Shown: piece after piece, positions 10,300-24,604 of the stretch
Numbering within the stretch: position 1 is the first letter of the stretch
Layout: every line of letters starts with the position of its first letter
From: Lama guanicoe
Lineage: Eukaryota
NCBI GenBank assembly: GCA_013239625.1
Contig: MU053365.1
Span: 434,001 to 498,000, forward strand
Reading direction: 5' to 3'
Length of the DNA: 64,000 nucleotides
Translations under genes and position numbers: made by a program
The notes under the pieces: generated by a model
Told to the model about the DNA's origin: nothing
Seen by the model: the letters and a program-made list of their open reading frames with translations, nothing else
Databases searched by the model: none

Positions 10300-12507
10300 A
10301 TACCAAATACCAACTGACTTCTCCATGCCTCAGTGTCCTTGTTGGCAAAATTAGGCAGCTGGAGTAAGGACTCTCCATGGTCAGTTTAAGGTCTGATATT
10401 CTATGTCTTAATACACACACAAGTATTTAATCATATATATGTATATATACACACACACATATATACATATATATGACTCATGGAAAAATATGGAACCCGA
10501 GTCCACCTCCATTAACAAGAAATAAGATCTATTAGCAAGTTTATAAATGTTTCTAACTAATGTTCCAAAGACTCCTATGAGCTACTCGGTGAAATACGGG
10601 CTATGCTGTGCCATACATTTTGGAAAGGTTTGTGGCTTTTATCTGCCCATCCACTTGAATTTTGAATGGCTAATCTTGGATTGGTAGCTAACCTCAAATT
10701 TGGATACCAGTTCTGGGTGCTTACAATGCTTAGGCTCTTTGCTCTTGCTAAATAAATAGGAAAAAAATATATATATATGGCTGTTCCAGAACAAGACAGA
10801 TTCTGCTTCCCTTCAGGACAAGGTCCTTGGGTGTCTGCAGCCTGCCTGGCAGATCTTCCAGCAGACGGCAGATATTTGGGGGATAGAGTTTAGCATTTCC
10901 AGGTCCTAAACCAAAGCCCTGGTACATTTTTCCAAGCCAGCATCTAAATTTCAAACTCTTCCATTTTCAGTTTGGAGAAGAGTTCTATTCCTGGAGACGT
11001 TCGTATGGCTCTCATATACGCTAGAACACTGATTAAACTCAAGAAACTTACGTACACGTGGCGCCCTGCCTGGGCGTTGTTAGCTGATGACTAAGACAGA
11101 ATTTCCAGACTTCGGCCGTGGATTTGGGACCCAAATTGGGGCGATGAAGGGGCCTATGGAAAAATGCATGCTTGGACCAAACAAAGAGTAGGGGTGAGAG
11201 AGGCAGTGATAAGGGTAATGTGGTGATGCCTTTTCCTTCCAGCACTTTGATTCAAATTGACTTAATGATCCTCAGCTTCCCAGAGGTGGCTGCTACTCCC
11301 CCTGCCACCCTCTTTACAGAGCCACATCTGTGCCATGTGCTCTTTGTGGCTAAAAGGTTGTGGTCATCCCTGACCCATGGGAGAGTTATTTTTTTCCGAA
11401 ATAACAGACTGTGCACATTTTTGTTTCCAGGTGGACCTTGGGGCAAGCAGCACAGCCTCACCAATGTCTGATTTAAGGTCGCTGTGAGAGAAGGGTTAAG
11501 CTAAGTAAACCAGCCATTGGGTTTGCAATTGAAGTGCTCCTTGATGACAATTCGTAAGTTCTAGTGGACGTCAGTCCATGTCCGGTCATCAGCTGTGACG
11601 AACATAACTGTAAAAACGCTGGGCTCCTCTACATCTCTGTGTGCTCAAAGCATCTCAGTGAGATTACAATAAAAAAGCAATCTATGGCGATTACAAGTCA
11701 AAATATTTGGTACTAAAAGTAGAAGACCTAATTACAATGAAAAAATTCAGCATGCAGTTTTCTAAACAGTCAGAGACTTGCCTGGAGCATATTAAAAATC
11801 ACATCATACAAGCCCTAAGCAGTTTCTTATTAATCTAGTCTCTGTGCTAATACAGCCAAATGGGAAACCATTGGGATCTTGGGAATATGAAGGCCAATGT
11901 TATTCTATTAACCTTATATGTTATGTTATTTACTTTCTTGTCTTTAATGAATAAATTAAAATGTCTTCTCATTCTCTAATTGCTGGATAGTTAAAGAGTA
12001 TGACAACCTATGGGTTTTATTCCACTACATTCTGCAGCCTTAACAGCCCAAACTCGATCATTTTGTGGGGGATTTCAATGAAAGGCAGTGACAGATAAAC
12101 TGTTTACATTAAAAGACTCTATCAAAGTTATTTTGCACCTGGTTTCATCCTAATCCATCTGCTGTTTCTACAGCTCTGACAGGCTGACCTCTCTTGCTGT
12201 GTGAGCCACACTGATGTCATTACTGAAGAGGCCTTCCCCAGCCTTTCTGCTGATAACAAAGTAAACGGAAATGTGGAGGAACCTTGGGGAGGTAACAACT
12301 TGTTCAGCATGATGAGGGAGAACTGTGGCTAAAAAATCGGAACCATTCCAGCAGAGAAGAGTATCTGTTGTCACAACGAATGAATTCACGATAGCAGGTC
12401 AACTTCACAAGAGCCAGCTGACAGTAGCAGTAAAATGTATTGCCCCTTTTTAATTAGCAAACTTTAAACATAAAAGTGGGCTTGAATTTAACTTAGCCAC
12501 TAGGTTT

Positions 12508-12666
12508 CTTTTCCCTTTTTTTAATTGAAGTATAGTTGATATAGAATATTAGTTTTATGTTACAGCATAGTGATTCAATATTTTTATAGAGTACATTCCG
12601 TTTAAAGCTACTGCAGCATAATGGCTCTATTTCCCCGTGCTGTACAACATAGGCCGGTGGCTTATC
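12508..12666 (-). mobile_element. Short L1 3'-end insertion with 14-bp target-site duplication
   Basis: T-rich tail then ttaattgaagtatagttgat...cagcatagtgattca; tagccactaggttt at 12494-12507 and 12667-12680. Confidence 0.88.
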
Positions 12667-14899
12667 TAGCCACTAGGTTTAGAGAGTTCAATATGCATCA
12701 CAGGTAGAAGGCACACATCCCAGAGCTGTCAGAATATCCTGATTTTCTGCTACCATGTAATTCATTTCATTTGCAATTGTAACAACCTAGCCAGTGAGCT
12801 GGCCCAACAAGAACAACAGAAACAAACAAACAAACAAAAACGGACCAAGTATGAATCTGGCCTCCCGAACCTGGATTAGACACAAGCTTGTTTTGTGTGA
12901 GGTAATTGGTGATCTTCAGACAAAAAGTAACATTACAAAGTGGAGGTGAAGGGCTCGGAAGACAGTATTTTTCTGTAAATGTTAAAGTGGTGGAGGTGCA
13001 GCTCTGCTACGGGCATCTAGCTGAAAAGTCCACACATCCCCAGTAACATGCTGTGAATTAAGTACCGCACTTCTAAGGGCAATCCTTAGGCAGAAAGAGA
13101 AAGAAGATTGGGTTAAATAAAACCGGGTACATCGGAGCTACTTATGCTAATGTGTCCAGACACAACTCATTAGAATGACTTTGTGCTCAAAGCAAAGTGA
13201 AATTGTTCAGCTCTGTTTTTCAAGCACCAACACAACACTCCAAGCTTTATCTAGAGTCCTTTAGCTGAGCCTGGTCACAAATGGAACATCTCTAGCCATA
13301 GTGCCCATTTTCTGAATTTCTAACTGAGCTAAATGAGGTCACCTAAAGTCTCAGTTTCATTCACATTTGTAATAAGATGGCATTAATATTAAAATTCCCT
13401 AAAGGTTGTTTCTAACAATATCTATTTCTTTCATGGCCTTTATCGTTCTAGAGTCTGCTGCTTCTGATGCCAGTCTGAGATGGTTAGGGCATCTGAGAGC
13501 CATGCCCAGATCTAACCCACCGGCAGAACCCAGGCATCATGGACCATCCTGTCACCAAAGGATGATAACAGACATTACATGCTTTGAGTTGTGTAACAAG
13601 CATCGGACAACATTCATGGAAACATCAAGCAGATGTTTACCTGGTCCTATGGCTATGTGCTGGAGAAAGCTCTGGAACTGGGCCACGACACACTCTAGAA
13701 GCCTTTGGAATAGGTCGAATTGTGGCTAGCTTAAAACTTGAAAGACAACAATTTTAATAAACCTGTCAATACAATTTCTTTGTTAAAAACAAAACAAAAC
13801 ATTTGAGACTGATTAGGCTGCTTCTATTGAAAAGAAGCATCAGGTCTATATCTTTAGATCTTTTATTGAACTGCAAACACAGCATCAATAACTGCTTCTC
13901 AGCTGGAAATGAAAATTGATTCCAGGTTTAACCCTTCATTTTCAGGGGTTCTTGTACTCCTGAGAAGCATAAGAAGAAAAATTGACCAAAAGGAGAACTG
14001 AAGGTTCAGTGGTACCAGGGTTGAGGGTGGGCAGAGAACCCCGCACCTGCGTGCACGTGGGAAGCCTGTCCTATCGGATTATGTCGCTCTCTAGCCAAAC
14101 CCCGGTGGACTCGTCACAGCACCACCGCCTGCCCTGCATGACTGGCTGGAAAATGGCAATTCAATAAGCGTTGTCTGGGGAAGGCCAGGCTTGGGTTTTA
14201 TATTTACGATGCCAAGAGTGGCAGTTTCTGAGAAGGAAAAATGCAGTCAGCTGGCTAACGGACATCATGGAGCCCCTGCATGCCAACCACGTTCCTGAGA
14301 GCTGACTTCAAAAACAAAACAGGACGTAGTGCAACCCGTGTGTTTAGGCGGACCCTGAGTTCAAAACACTGGATCCAATTCAAACGCTGTTCTGGAGCAT
14401 GCCCATGTCTGACGTCAACTTCAAGTAATTATTTATTTCCCATTCTGGGGAAGCTCCTGGGAGAAAACCAAGGTGAGTAGAACGTCAGAGCAGACCGTAT
14501 AGCCTTTCTCCAGGGCACAGCGAGCACTCAGAAAAAGAAGTGAGAACTGTGATCAAAAACTGTGATCAACTTTCCACCCATGTCAGTCCTTCGAAGAAAA
14601 ACTCTTGTTTAGAGACACATAATTTTCCTGGAGGACTTGGTGCCATGTCATTGGCAACCCGGCCTTTCTTCCTGGGATGTCTAGTTTAAAACTTGTCGGG
14701 GCTCAGAGGAGGGGAAAGGTCATCCATTCCAATGGATGCATTCAGGGTGTTGTTAGGACATTCAGTGCAGTTCCTAGCAGATCTCTCTGGACACCAAGGC
14801 CAAGATGAAGGGCAAGATCTATTTACCAAAGGATCCAAAAGAGGGGCCTTCCAGTTAACGTTTAAAAGGGCCACAAGGAAGAACCACCGCCTATGTGTG

Positions 14900-15095
14900 T
14901 AGTGTTTGTGGTTTCCAAAGCATTTTCTTATACACAGTCTTCCTCTCGTCCTCACCATATTCCTAGGCATCAGGTGAGAGCTCTGAGACTTTGAGACGTT
15001 CGGTGACTTGCCAAGTGTCAGGCAGCTAGTACATGATGGGGCTGGGATTGATGCCCAGGCTTCTGTAGTCCAAAAACCATGCTCTAAAGGACCAC
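14900..15095 (-). mobile_element. MIR SINE
   Basis: ctgagact...gtgacttgccaagtgtcaggcagctagtacatgatggggctgggattgatgcccagg. Confidence 0.7.
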
Positions 15096-15349
15096 AGTTA
15101 CAATTCCTTGTGGCTAGGTGCACACAGCTAATGCATCTTAGGACCAGAAAAGAATCTTTTCATTTAAATTTGTCACATACTGGCTGTTTTCCAGGTAGTT
15201 AATTCAGCAGCTCTCTTTAACACCACATACCTTACAAGAAAAGGGAATGTGATGTATCTCGCATCTTGAATATGAGACATTTTAGACGATCACTAGCAGT
15301 AGCCATGACGATGGGGATGACGGCCATGTAAAGTGGTGAGTACCACCAC

Positions 15350-15535
15350 AGAGGCAAATGACTTTGCCTGTATTCATTCACTTAATCATTGAATCCTCAC
15401 TATGACCCAGGGAAGTAGGTGCTATTGTTACCTCTGTTATCACCATTTTATGGATACGGTCTTTAGCCCCAGGTCATCCAGCAAGTGACAGAGCCAGGAT
15501 TCAAACCCATTTGACTACACATCTATGTTCTCACT
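15350..15535 (-). mobile_element. MIR SINE
   Basis: aatcctcactatgacccagggaagtaggtgctatt...ccattttatggat...cagagccaggattcaaaccc. Confidence 0.7.
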
Positions 15536-16794
15536 CATCCTCGCCCACTGAGCTAGCACTGCCACACCGCCTTAGAAGACAGCCTGGACATACCTGCTTC
15601 CCGAATAGTCCCAACCGAGAGAGTAAAAGGCGATGAGGAATGTGGAGAGAACATGCACACTTTTAACAAATATTTTCAGGGTACAATCACCATTGCTTTT
15701 TCACGGAAACCATGTGCATATGTGACTGCGCATCTCCGACTTAAAGCATCACGTGAAGGTAAAATATCCTGTTAGAAATATTTTGTGTATCCCCGAGTCT
15801 CCATGGCTGACCATTTGGCATCTTTAATTTGTATATTACGATTCTCGCATTCAGGCCTCCCGCTTCATTTGCTGCATTTTCCCATTTGCAGGAACAATAC
15901 TGAGCATCTAAACACGTCCTAATTGTTCTGTTGGTGTCTGCGCCCAGGACCTGCTCAGCACGGCCATGTTGGGGAGGGTGCCAGTGACGGGGCAGGGAGA
16001 AGGGAGGGCATTCTCATGATGAGAGGCTTGGGACTGAAAGGTCAAATTAGAAAGTGACACATCTCGATCCTGTGTTTCAATTTCATACATGCATTTGCAA
16101 TGCATTCTCCTGGGATTCTTTATGTTGCAAACCATAGCATAAGGTCTTAAGAGCTTTTGGGGAAAGATTGCTGTGTACTCATTAAACCTGGCCACTCTGG
16201 GTCTCCTGAGGTAAGTCCACGTGTAATGATTACGAATGAGATGATCTGAAGATGTCTCCAGAAAGTTAATGGCTTTTTTATTTTAATTGAACCATGTATG
16301 CGTGAACGTGGCTACTGGGTTCCAAGAAAATTTCTAAGTATAACACCGGCTCAAACCCATAGTGTGGTCTGGCTCCTTGGATGCATCATTTAATGCACCA
16401 ATGCATTTGTTAGGATGCTTTTCTCCCAATCATCCTGCCACAAATAGAAGGATTGTGCAATTCTGCAGCTCGGGCTGGAGACCCAAATCTACCTCTAAGA
16501 TTTGCTCTGAGGTTCGAGTGAGACAGAGCACCAAACTTAACAGCTGACACAGGGCAAGAGTGGCCCCATCAATGAGAGCTCTCAGAACTCCTCCTGATGT
16601 GGCTGGAGCTCCGATGGTCCCATTGGAGAGATGAGAGAACAGTACCATGTTACCTACATGGCACTGTGTTATCTCATCTGAAAAGAAAATGATATTGGTG
16701 GTTCCTCCATAAGTTAGACACTCTAAGTTACCACATGACAATATTCCATCTCTAGGGAGAAGAAAGGATTGAAAAGAACTAAGAGATTCAATTC

Positions 16795-17287
16795 AAAAGA
16801 ACTGAAACCAGGTGTTCAGCAAAAACTGATACACAAACGCTCACAGCATCACCATTTGCAATAGCCAAAAGCTGGACCCAAACGTCCGTCGGTTGATGAA
16901 TGGGTGAACAAAAGGTAGTCTATCCAGATGACAGAATATTATTTAGGCTTGGAAAAGGAATGGAATATTAATACAGCTGCAGCATGGATGGACCTAGAAA
17001 CCGTGACGCTAAGTGAAAGAAGTTGGACACAATAGATCACATATTGTATGATTTCATTCAGAGGAAATGGGCAAGTCCATAGAGACAGAAAGTAGCGTAG
17101 TGGTTGTCAAGGGCTGGGGGGAGTGACTGCTGAATGTGTGTGGGGTTTCCTTTTGGGGTGATGAAAATATTCTGGAACTGGTGATGGAGACAGAACCTTG
17201 TGAAGGTAGTAAATGCCACTGAACCGTACGCTTTAAAATGGTGAATTTTATGTTATGTGAATTTTAGCACAACAACAACAAAAAAAG
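16795..17287 (+). mobile_element. L1M (L1MB-like) 3' end
   Basis: aatagccaaaagctgg...gatgaatgggtgaacaaa...ctaagtgaaagaag...atagagacagaaagtag...ctttaaaatggtgaattttatg followed by an A-rich tail. Confidence 0.88.
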
Positions 17288-19045
17288 GAAAATGATTTCA
17301 ATCACACATCTTTGAACAAGAATATTGGGCCTCATAAAGCCAGAACTCACTGAAACTTGTTCTCACCGTCGCTTCTGCTACTGCATAAACATTCTCTCCT
17401 GGCCTTTACCTTTCAGCTTTGTAGCCAGCCCTCAAACTCCACAAGGAGAGTTCATCTGCAAATGTTACATCTTTGCGCCCACTTCTTGCTTCCTGGAGCC
17501 GGCTGGGGGGGCGAGGAGCTTTGTTCGGGAAGGAGTGACCAGGCTAAGAGCAGCAGGCCACGGAAAGCTCCCAGCTCCCCAACCCGGATTACCAGAGGGT
17601 CTCAGCACTGACACAGTGACCACGCACATCCTAAAAACAGAGACGACTCAGGCCGACTGACCTGATGCCACTTCAGTTAAATACAGAAAATAACACTTTT
17701 CTTGAGAAGCCAAAAAAGCAGACTGCACTTGTGTAATCACACAGAGAGGGAGTCAGCGTGCGAAATCTGCCTTCACTTACTGCTGATGACGGCTTTAAGC
17801 ATTTTCATTTAAAAGTAATGTTGCTTCTGTCAAAACCAGTCATCTGGGTTGGGGGGCGGGGAGGTTATTTCCCAGTATAGCGCTCTTCTCACTGGTGTAG
17901 TAAATGCAGCAAGCAGGAATGGCAGACCCCGGAACTGAAGCGCGCATTGCCCACCTGCCCTGAAGCCCACGGCCCGCGCGGGAGACGGACGGCTTGCTCT
18001 CAGTGAACGCGCAGCCAAGCCCTGGGGCACGGCCGTGCTTGTCCTTGCGGTTTGGACATAGTATCAAACATGCAGGCGGAATGAAGTGGGGAACGCAGAG
18101 GAAAGGGAAAGTTTGGGCCACATAACATTGAAGATGAGTTCAATTTTAAAATCATACTGAAGGCGAGGAGTTCTAGCGTGGTAAACAATTACAGATGAGA
18201 ACGGAGTAGGTGAGCCTTGAAGAGGTTTCCATAAGCTTTTCTTTGCTGGTGCCTTACAAAATATTTCGTGAACATGGACTCTTGTATTTGTTAACTATCT
18301 TGAAATATTAGTGCATGAGCACTCCTTAAAATACTCTGGTTTCAGTTTTGTTACTTAGCAGACTTCACTGTAGAAAGAATATGATCAGATATTGCCTTTA
18401 AAAAAGGCAATCCTTCTGTGTTCCTTGTCTGAGGTTCTCAGCACACCCAGGAGGACCCCACATGTGAGATGGTTCTGTGTCCCAGAGGCCACGCGAGCAT
18501 CACTGGTACCACCCACTCCACTGCCATTGTTATGACTCATACAGGATACTCGGCCTTGTCAAATCAAGAGGTCCAGGCTCATTGGAAATGTTGACAATGC
18601 CCCTTCTTGCCATCTAATTTGGTGGTAAGTACTATAAATACTTGCAATGGGAGAAGACAGGGCTGCAGCCAGTTTTGGCCAAATGCCCTTTGCCTGAACT
18701 TTCACGTAAGCTGTAGGGTGCTGACACTGATTCTCAGCTGTGTTCCAAAGTGGTGCCCGCTGTACTCATTACAGGAAAGTTACACTGCATCCGAGACCAT
18801 ACTTAGTCCAAGAGAGGGAAAGACGATCTCTATTGCATTTGATGACCAGTATGTGCATATGGAAAGGAGAGAATGAAGGGAGGAGGTGAAAGCAGTTTTC
18901 AAGGGCTCAGCATCACCTCACTGAAAGTGTGAGCTGATTCGACCTGTTCCAGAACACTATGTCTGTCTTTGCTTCTTCCCCTCCAAAGCCTGGAGATGAA
19001 GCGGTGCCTTCAGCTCCCTCCCCTTGGGTCCCAAACCAAGCCCTA

Positions 19046-19201
<156 letters not shown>

Positions 19202-20409
19202 TTAGAAAGCGTCTTTTCTGAATCACCCTCAGATACATTTTGCAACGAGGATAAAATATCGGAACTACAATCTGACAGCTGCAATTCTGTCAAAGGTGCA
19301 GAGGGAACCGAGATTCTTTCAGCTAATTAGATATTTGAGTTCTTATATTTCTGTCATACTCTACACACATCTTCCCTCTCTGCCTTCCTCTAAATCAAGG
19401 GGAAAAAAGGACTATTTCAGCATCTCCAGAGATGACTGGAGTCTATATATTTTTACTACTGCAAGTGTAATAAATGTGCTGATCAATCACTGTGGAGGTG
19501 GGACGCGGCACTGGATCTCTCCAGGAAAAGATGTTCTGGGTCTCCCATGAAAGAATAGGGCCATGATGACAGCCCCGAGGTGCAGAGGCTATTGTGGAGG
19601 CCCGCTGGGTCTCTCTGGATGACAGAGGCAAAGGGCCCCAGGAACTTCCACTGCCTTTCAGTGCCCTCTGTGCTGTGGCAGCTCGGTGGCCACAAAATAG
19701 CTGGGCGAGAAATGGCTAGTCATTAACCTTTTGATATATGACCGGTCCCTTCCCGTAAAATTTGATCCAAGAGATGTAAGCCCATGATGTGGATAAGAAA
19801 TCTTTCTCTCCTAAGACAAGGTACCTGAAAAATATGAGTGGTCGGAATTTGGGTGATGAACTAGCACTTTCAAAATTGTTTATCGAGCACACAGAGCCTT
19901 TTGTTCCTATAGGGATATTAATTCCAGTGCCAGCAGCTCCCGATCTCCAAATTTGAGCTACAGCAAGAAGAGTGACTTATTAGCTTTAAATTCCAGTTAC
20001 AAAACTTTCAAAGACCAGTTGGTGTTAAGATTTTTATTTATTAAACACAATGTGAGACCTCATCCTCCGGCTTCAAGTGGAGCCAGTCTCAGCCTGTCAG
20101 GACTTATGGCTATTTTCTGAGCATGCTTCACTCTTTCTTACTTCCAGACTCAGTGTCAGGCTCAGCTCCCAGGCTGGAAGCCCTTTCTTCAACTGGAAGT
20201 CCTGTTTTTCCTCCACAGCTCAGCCAGATTCGACCTCTTTCATCAAAGCTTTCGAGAAAGAATCTGCATCTCAGGTAGAAAACCCTTTGCCTCTCCCCAC
20301 CCCCAGCTCCGCTGATCCCAGCCAGCTGTCCGTTGAGTGTCTCCTCCACCAGCCCCTCGTGCCTATGTGTGTTCTGCACAGTGTCTTCCCAGAAATGACA
20401 CAGTCTGCC

Positions 20410-20535
20410 ACCCTCATTTGGCTGACAAGCAAAGAAAGGTTCAGAGAAGCTAACTGCTTTGCTCGAGGTCACACAGCTAGTCAGTGCTGGAGCTGGTCCA
20501 AAAACTCCCAGCTCCTGGTTCCCACCTGCGTGCTT
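20410..20535 (-). mobile_element. MIR fragment
   Basis: aggttcagagaagctaactgctttgctcgaggtcacacagctagtcagtgctggagctgg. Confidence 0.65.
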
Positions 20536-21169
20536 TTTCCAGCAGAGAAGCCAGAAGGCCAAAGGCAGCTTCAAATTTGATAAAGAGAGGAACATGTTAT
20601 TTCAAGGTTATGTCCAATGTTAGAAAGAGATTCAGGTCGAGTGGGTTCCAGAAACTCTCCAAAGAAAGCCCAGCCACCCCACTTTCATGCTCAGCCACAC
20701 AAGACCAGGGCGTGTTCACTGAGGTCTGAAAACCGAAGACGGATACAAAGGATGATTGGTGGGAAGGACAATTGTTAGAGTTGGTTTCAGATAAACTAAA
20801 TTTGCAGGATTTATGGCCATCCTTCAAGAGACTGATGAATGTTTGGAAGATCTTAGAGAAAGAGACAAAAGGTATTTTGGTATTTCTTTTGCGATTGCAG
20901 GCTTATGATCCTGAACAAATAATTCTTCATAACACATTGTGGTAAATGAAGACTATCCTTCTCATAAGCTATAGAACTCAGATATTTAAAAACTACTAAT
21001 GCTGGGCTTCATTCTCTCTCTCTCTCTCTCCCTTTCTCTGTGTATATACAAGTACTCAGTATTATACTGTGTTTGTAGAATACACCCATAGTATAATGCC
21101 TATATGTTAATTTACACCTAAGTGTTCAGCAAAATAAATGATAAAACGATTTTTACCCTGTAGAGGATC

Positions 21170-21380
21170 CATTTATGTGTCAGGAAAGGTGCTAAGTATT
21201 TGACCAGCAGCATGTAACTTGTAATTTAGACCTTATGAAGGAGGTTCTCATAATGATAATTAGCCCCATTTTCCAGATGGCAACACTGAGGCTTAAGGAA
21301 CTTGTTCAGGGTCACACAGCTAGGAAATCGTAGAGGCACACATGGAACCCAGAACAATTCCAGCCAGAACCTGAGACTAT
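21170..21380 (-). mobile_element. MIR SINE
   Basis: ccccattttccagatggcaacactgaggcttaagg...cttgttcagggtcacacagctagg. Confidence 0.75.
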
Positions 21381-21489
21381 GCAGTGCTTTTGTACAGAGT
21401 ATAACTTACAAAGGATAGTTAGTGTGTGAAATAAAATCAACAGCAACAACAAAAACCCCACAAAACAAAACAAAACAAAACATATTGAC

Positions 21490-21685
21490 ATGGAATCAAG
21501 ATATTTGAATTTAACTACAGGATAATCATAAACTCTGGTATTTTGGGTAAGTCACTTCCTGTCTCTGAGCCTCGTCTATGTCCCTTATCTGTTAAATGGG
21601 ATAATAATTAAACTCTTCCACAGGACGGCGGTGGTGGTGGTGGTGCACATAATGTGGACTAATGCATGTGGAATGCTTTATGAAA
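21490..21685 (+). mobile_element. MIR SINE
   Basis: ttgggtaagtcacttcctgtctctgagcctc...ccttatctgttaaatgggataataat. Confidence 0.7.
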
Positions 21686-24159
21686 ACACAAAATAATGCA
21701 GAGTATCACTGATTAGTTTGGAAATAGACCCCCTCCCCAGTTAGAAGTAATGTGTAGCATTCATACTATTTGCAAGCAATCACAAGCAAAGCCTTAGACT
21801 TTGTTCCCATTTTAGTTTGCCAAGCAACACAGAGGTAAGCTGTGATGACTTGGGAAGCGTCTCATGGGATCTCAAAGCTGGATCCAGAAATGGGCTCACG
21901 GTCTTCAGGCTGCTCTACATTAGGCAGAATTTGCACATCCACAACCAGAGCCCACAGACTGGAACTCAGCCCTCGTTTTACTCTCCAATCAACTGTATGT
22001 GATCTTAATGTAGAAATGAAAGGCCCTCCACTGTAAAGTTCTAGAAATAGGCAGCCAATCTACATAGTGATTGACATTAAACATCCCCACACCGTGCAAC
22101 AAGCGTGATATGGATTTGGTTGTTAATAAAGGACAATTTGATGTGTACGTTCAAGTCCCAGCAAACGCAAGCCGAGGAAGTAACTAGGAAGGCGAACTAG
22201 CATTTGCTATCTCTGGAGGTGCTAAGCATCCAGTTCATTTCACTCCTCCCTTGACCTACTATTAAGTTTTATTATCGAATCTACGTGCACTTGTTTGCGT
22301 TTCCATCCATAGTTAATGCTGAACATTCCTCCAGGGAAAGTGTCGGATTATGGTAGATTTTGGGTTTAATTATCATAGCAGCGCCATTCACACCCACGCA
22401 GTTAAGGTGGTCTCTCAGCAGAAAAATGGTAATCTCTTTTCATGAGGTTATAATTCCACGAACTCATCACACACTGGATATCCCAAAATGTGAAAAAATC
22501 ATGCTCGTCTGAATGTCTGTGTGACCTTCAACCACAGCGACAACTGTTTGTTCACTTTTCAGTTAGATGAAAACAGAACAAAGTAGCTCTCCTTAGTGAT
22601 TTCACATGTTTGTTCTGGATCTAGTGGTTCCCAAAGTCTGTCTTTGTATGAAAACTCTGTTTTTATTTTACTTTCTTGAGTATTAAGAAGTAAAACAGTC
22701 CAGAAAACTACGTCAACAAAACAAAGTCCTTGTTCTGAAGAGATGATCCTATAAAAGCTTGAATAGTGAAAGTTGGAGCAGATGAGATGGAAAGAACAAA
22801 AAGAAGACTGGGGAGGCCTTGGAGGAGGAAGGAAGAGCCGTGCTCAAGGTCTTCTCTGTCCCTATTTCTCTGGGCCTCCAGCTCATCCTGGTGGCCTCAC
22901 GGGGCTCTTGGCATTGCGACAGCCTAGGACACTGTGATGTGACCGGCCCCATATGACTTGTAACTGTGACCTCTGCTCTCCTGAAACCTTGCTACTTCAC
23001 AGCTGGAAGTGCCTAAAGCATCTATTTCCCCTTGTCACCCTGGGGAAATAGCTACAACAGCCCTGAACGTGGCCACAGCCTTTGTCTGGCATTCATTTCT
23101 ATTGCTCAGTAGCTTACGTTGCTAGGCGTTCTGCGCGCCAGGAGCTGCCCTGCGCTCTCGCAGCTTCCGTCTGGCAGCCTAAGCCTTGGCGCTCCGTGGT
23201 CCACGGCGGGAGGCGGACTCGGCAGGGGCCGGGAGGTGGAGCCAGTGCTGCCATCTCCATTGTGCGGGGGAGGGGAGCAGGCTCTTCCTCCCGGGCTTTA
23301 GGCTCTCAACAAAAACTGGGAACCATAGCTTTTGTCTCAACTATTTTGGGGTTTTCAGGGGACCAGCTTAAATTACCATGGTCTTCGTAAGTATTCAGAG
23401 CGGATAGCATTCTAAGTAAGTGCTCTTTTTGACTCCAAATGAATAGCACATCTGAGCCGGGCTGGGCATCCCGGAGAGTCTGGGCAATACCCGAAGACCT
23501 GTGCCTTCCCATCAGGCAGCATCTCACTGTGGGCCCTCTTCTAGAAGAGAATCTTAACTCCTGTTGATTCCTTAAAGGGCATTTCCTCTTCACAAAGCAG
23601 GCTGAGAGGCGTGAGACACGGCTGCTTCAGAATTACTCGGGGAGTCCGAGATTTCCCTGCCCAGCGCTTTGTAGTCTCTGCAGCACTGAATCACTCGCTG
23701 CTCGTCAGGCAGGAGACGACAGAGACGCTGTGATAGTTTTCAAAGCTTTCATTCTGTTTCCCTGAGGTAAAGGTGCTGGGCTCTTTTCTCGGGAAAAGCT
23801 GCATTTAATTTTCTCAAGGTTTTAACTTAAAAGTCTGATTCCATGACCACCCCGCTGGGAATCCTGGAAATTCCCAGTCTGAGGGCTGTGGCAGTGACAT
23901 ATAGTTTGAAGATCCAGACTGTATTCCATAGGGATAAATCTCCAAGACCCATCAAGGGGACCCTCTGGCCCAGTGCCACCCAGTGGGCCCACAGCCTGGT
24001 CCATACTAGGCCATGTGCCCCACCATGGGCATGCAGACCAGAGAAGGAGCATCTTCTGTAGCTGATGGCCTTCTAGGGGGTTCAGAAAATGCACCTCTCA
24101 TAAGGTTACACTGGTTCCTTAGCAAGAGAACTGAAAGTCCCCTTAGGGACCATCTAGTC

Positions 24160-24509
24160 CAGGGTTTCATGAACTGAGGCCTTCAGTCCACACTAGCCTT
24201 CCCTCTCTCCTTATACTGCCTGGAAATTAAGATCGCTTTTTCCCTTTTTAAATGGTTGAGGGGAAAAAAATCAAAAGAAGGATAATATTTCATGACATGT
24301 GAACATGATACAGAATTCAAATTTCCTTATCCATAAACAAAGTCGTATTGGCACTAGCCACGCCCATGCATGTACATATCAGCTGTGCTTTTGTGCTACG
24401 ATGGGGATGGATGGCTGGGGTCAGTAGGTGTAACAGAGAACACACGACCTGAAAAGCCTGAAATATTTACCACCTGAGCCTTTACATGAAAAAAGTTTGC
24501 TGATCCCTG
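24160..24509 (+). mobile_element. MER58B-like hAT-Charlie DNA transposon
   Basis: Terminal inverted ends caggg.../...aaagtttgctgatccctg; internal ttttaaatggttg, aaattt..ccataaa, aagcctgaaatatttac. Confidence 0.82.
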
Positions 24510-24604
24510 CTGTAAGCCAATGGTTCCCAAATTTCTCTTAGACGCAAGAATCCTCCTCCTGCCAGGTGAAATCTTGTAAGGAACCCCAAATGAAAAAGAG
24601 ATTA

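Noticed and set aside
14545-14569. Short tandem duplications (aactgtgatcaa x2; also tctgattaagaa x2 near 52883-52910)
   Set aside because: Ordinary slippage micro-duplications; not arrays and not CRISPR-like.
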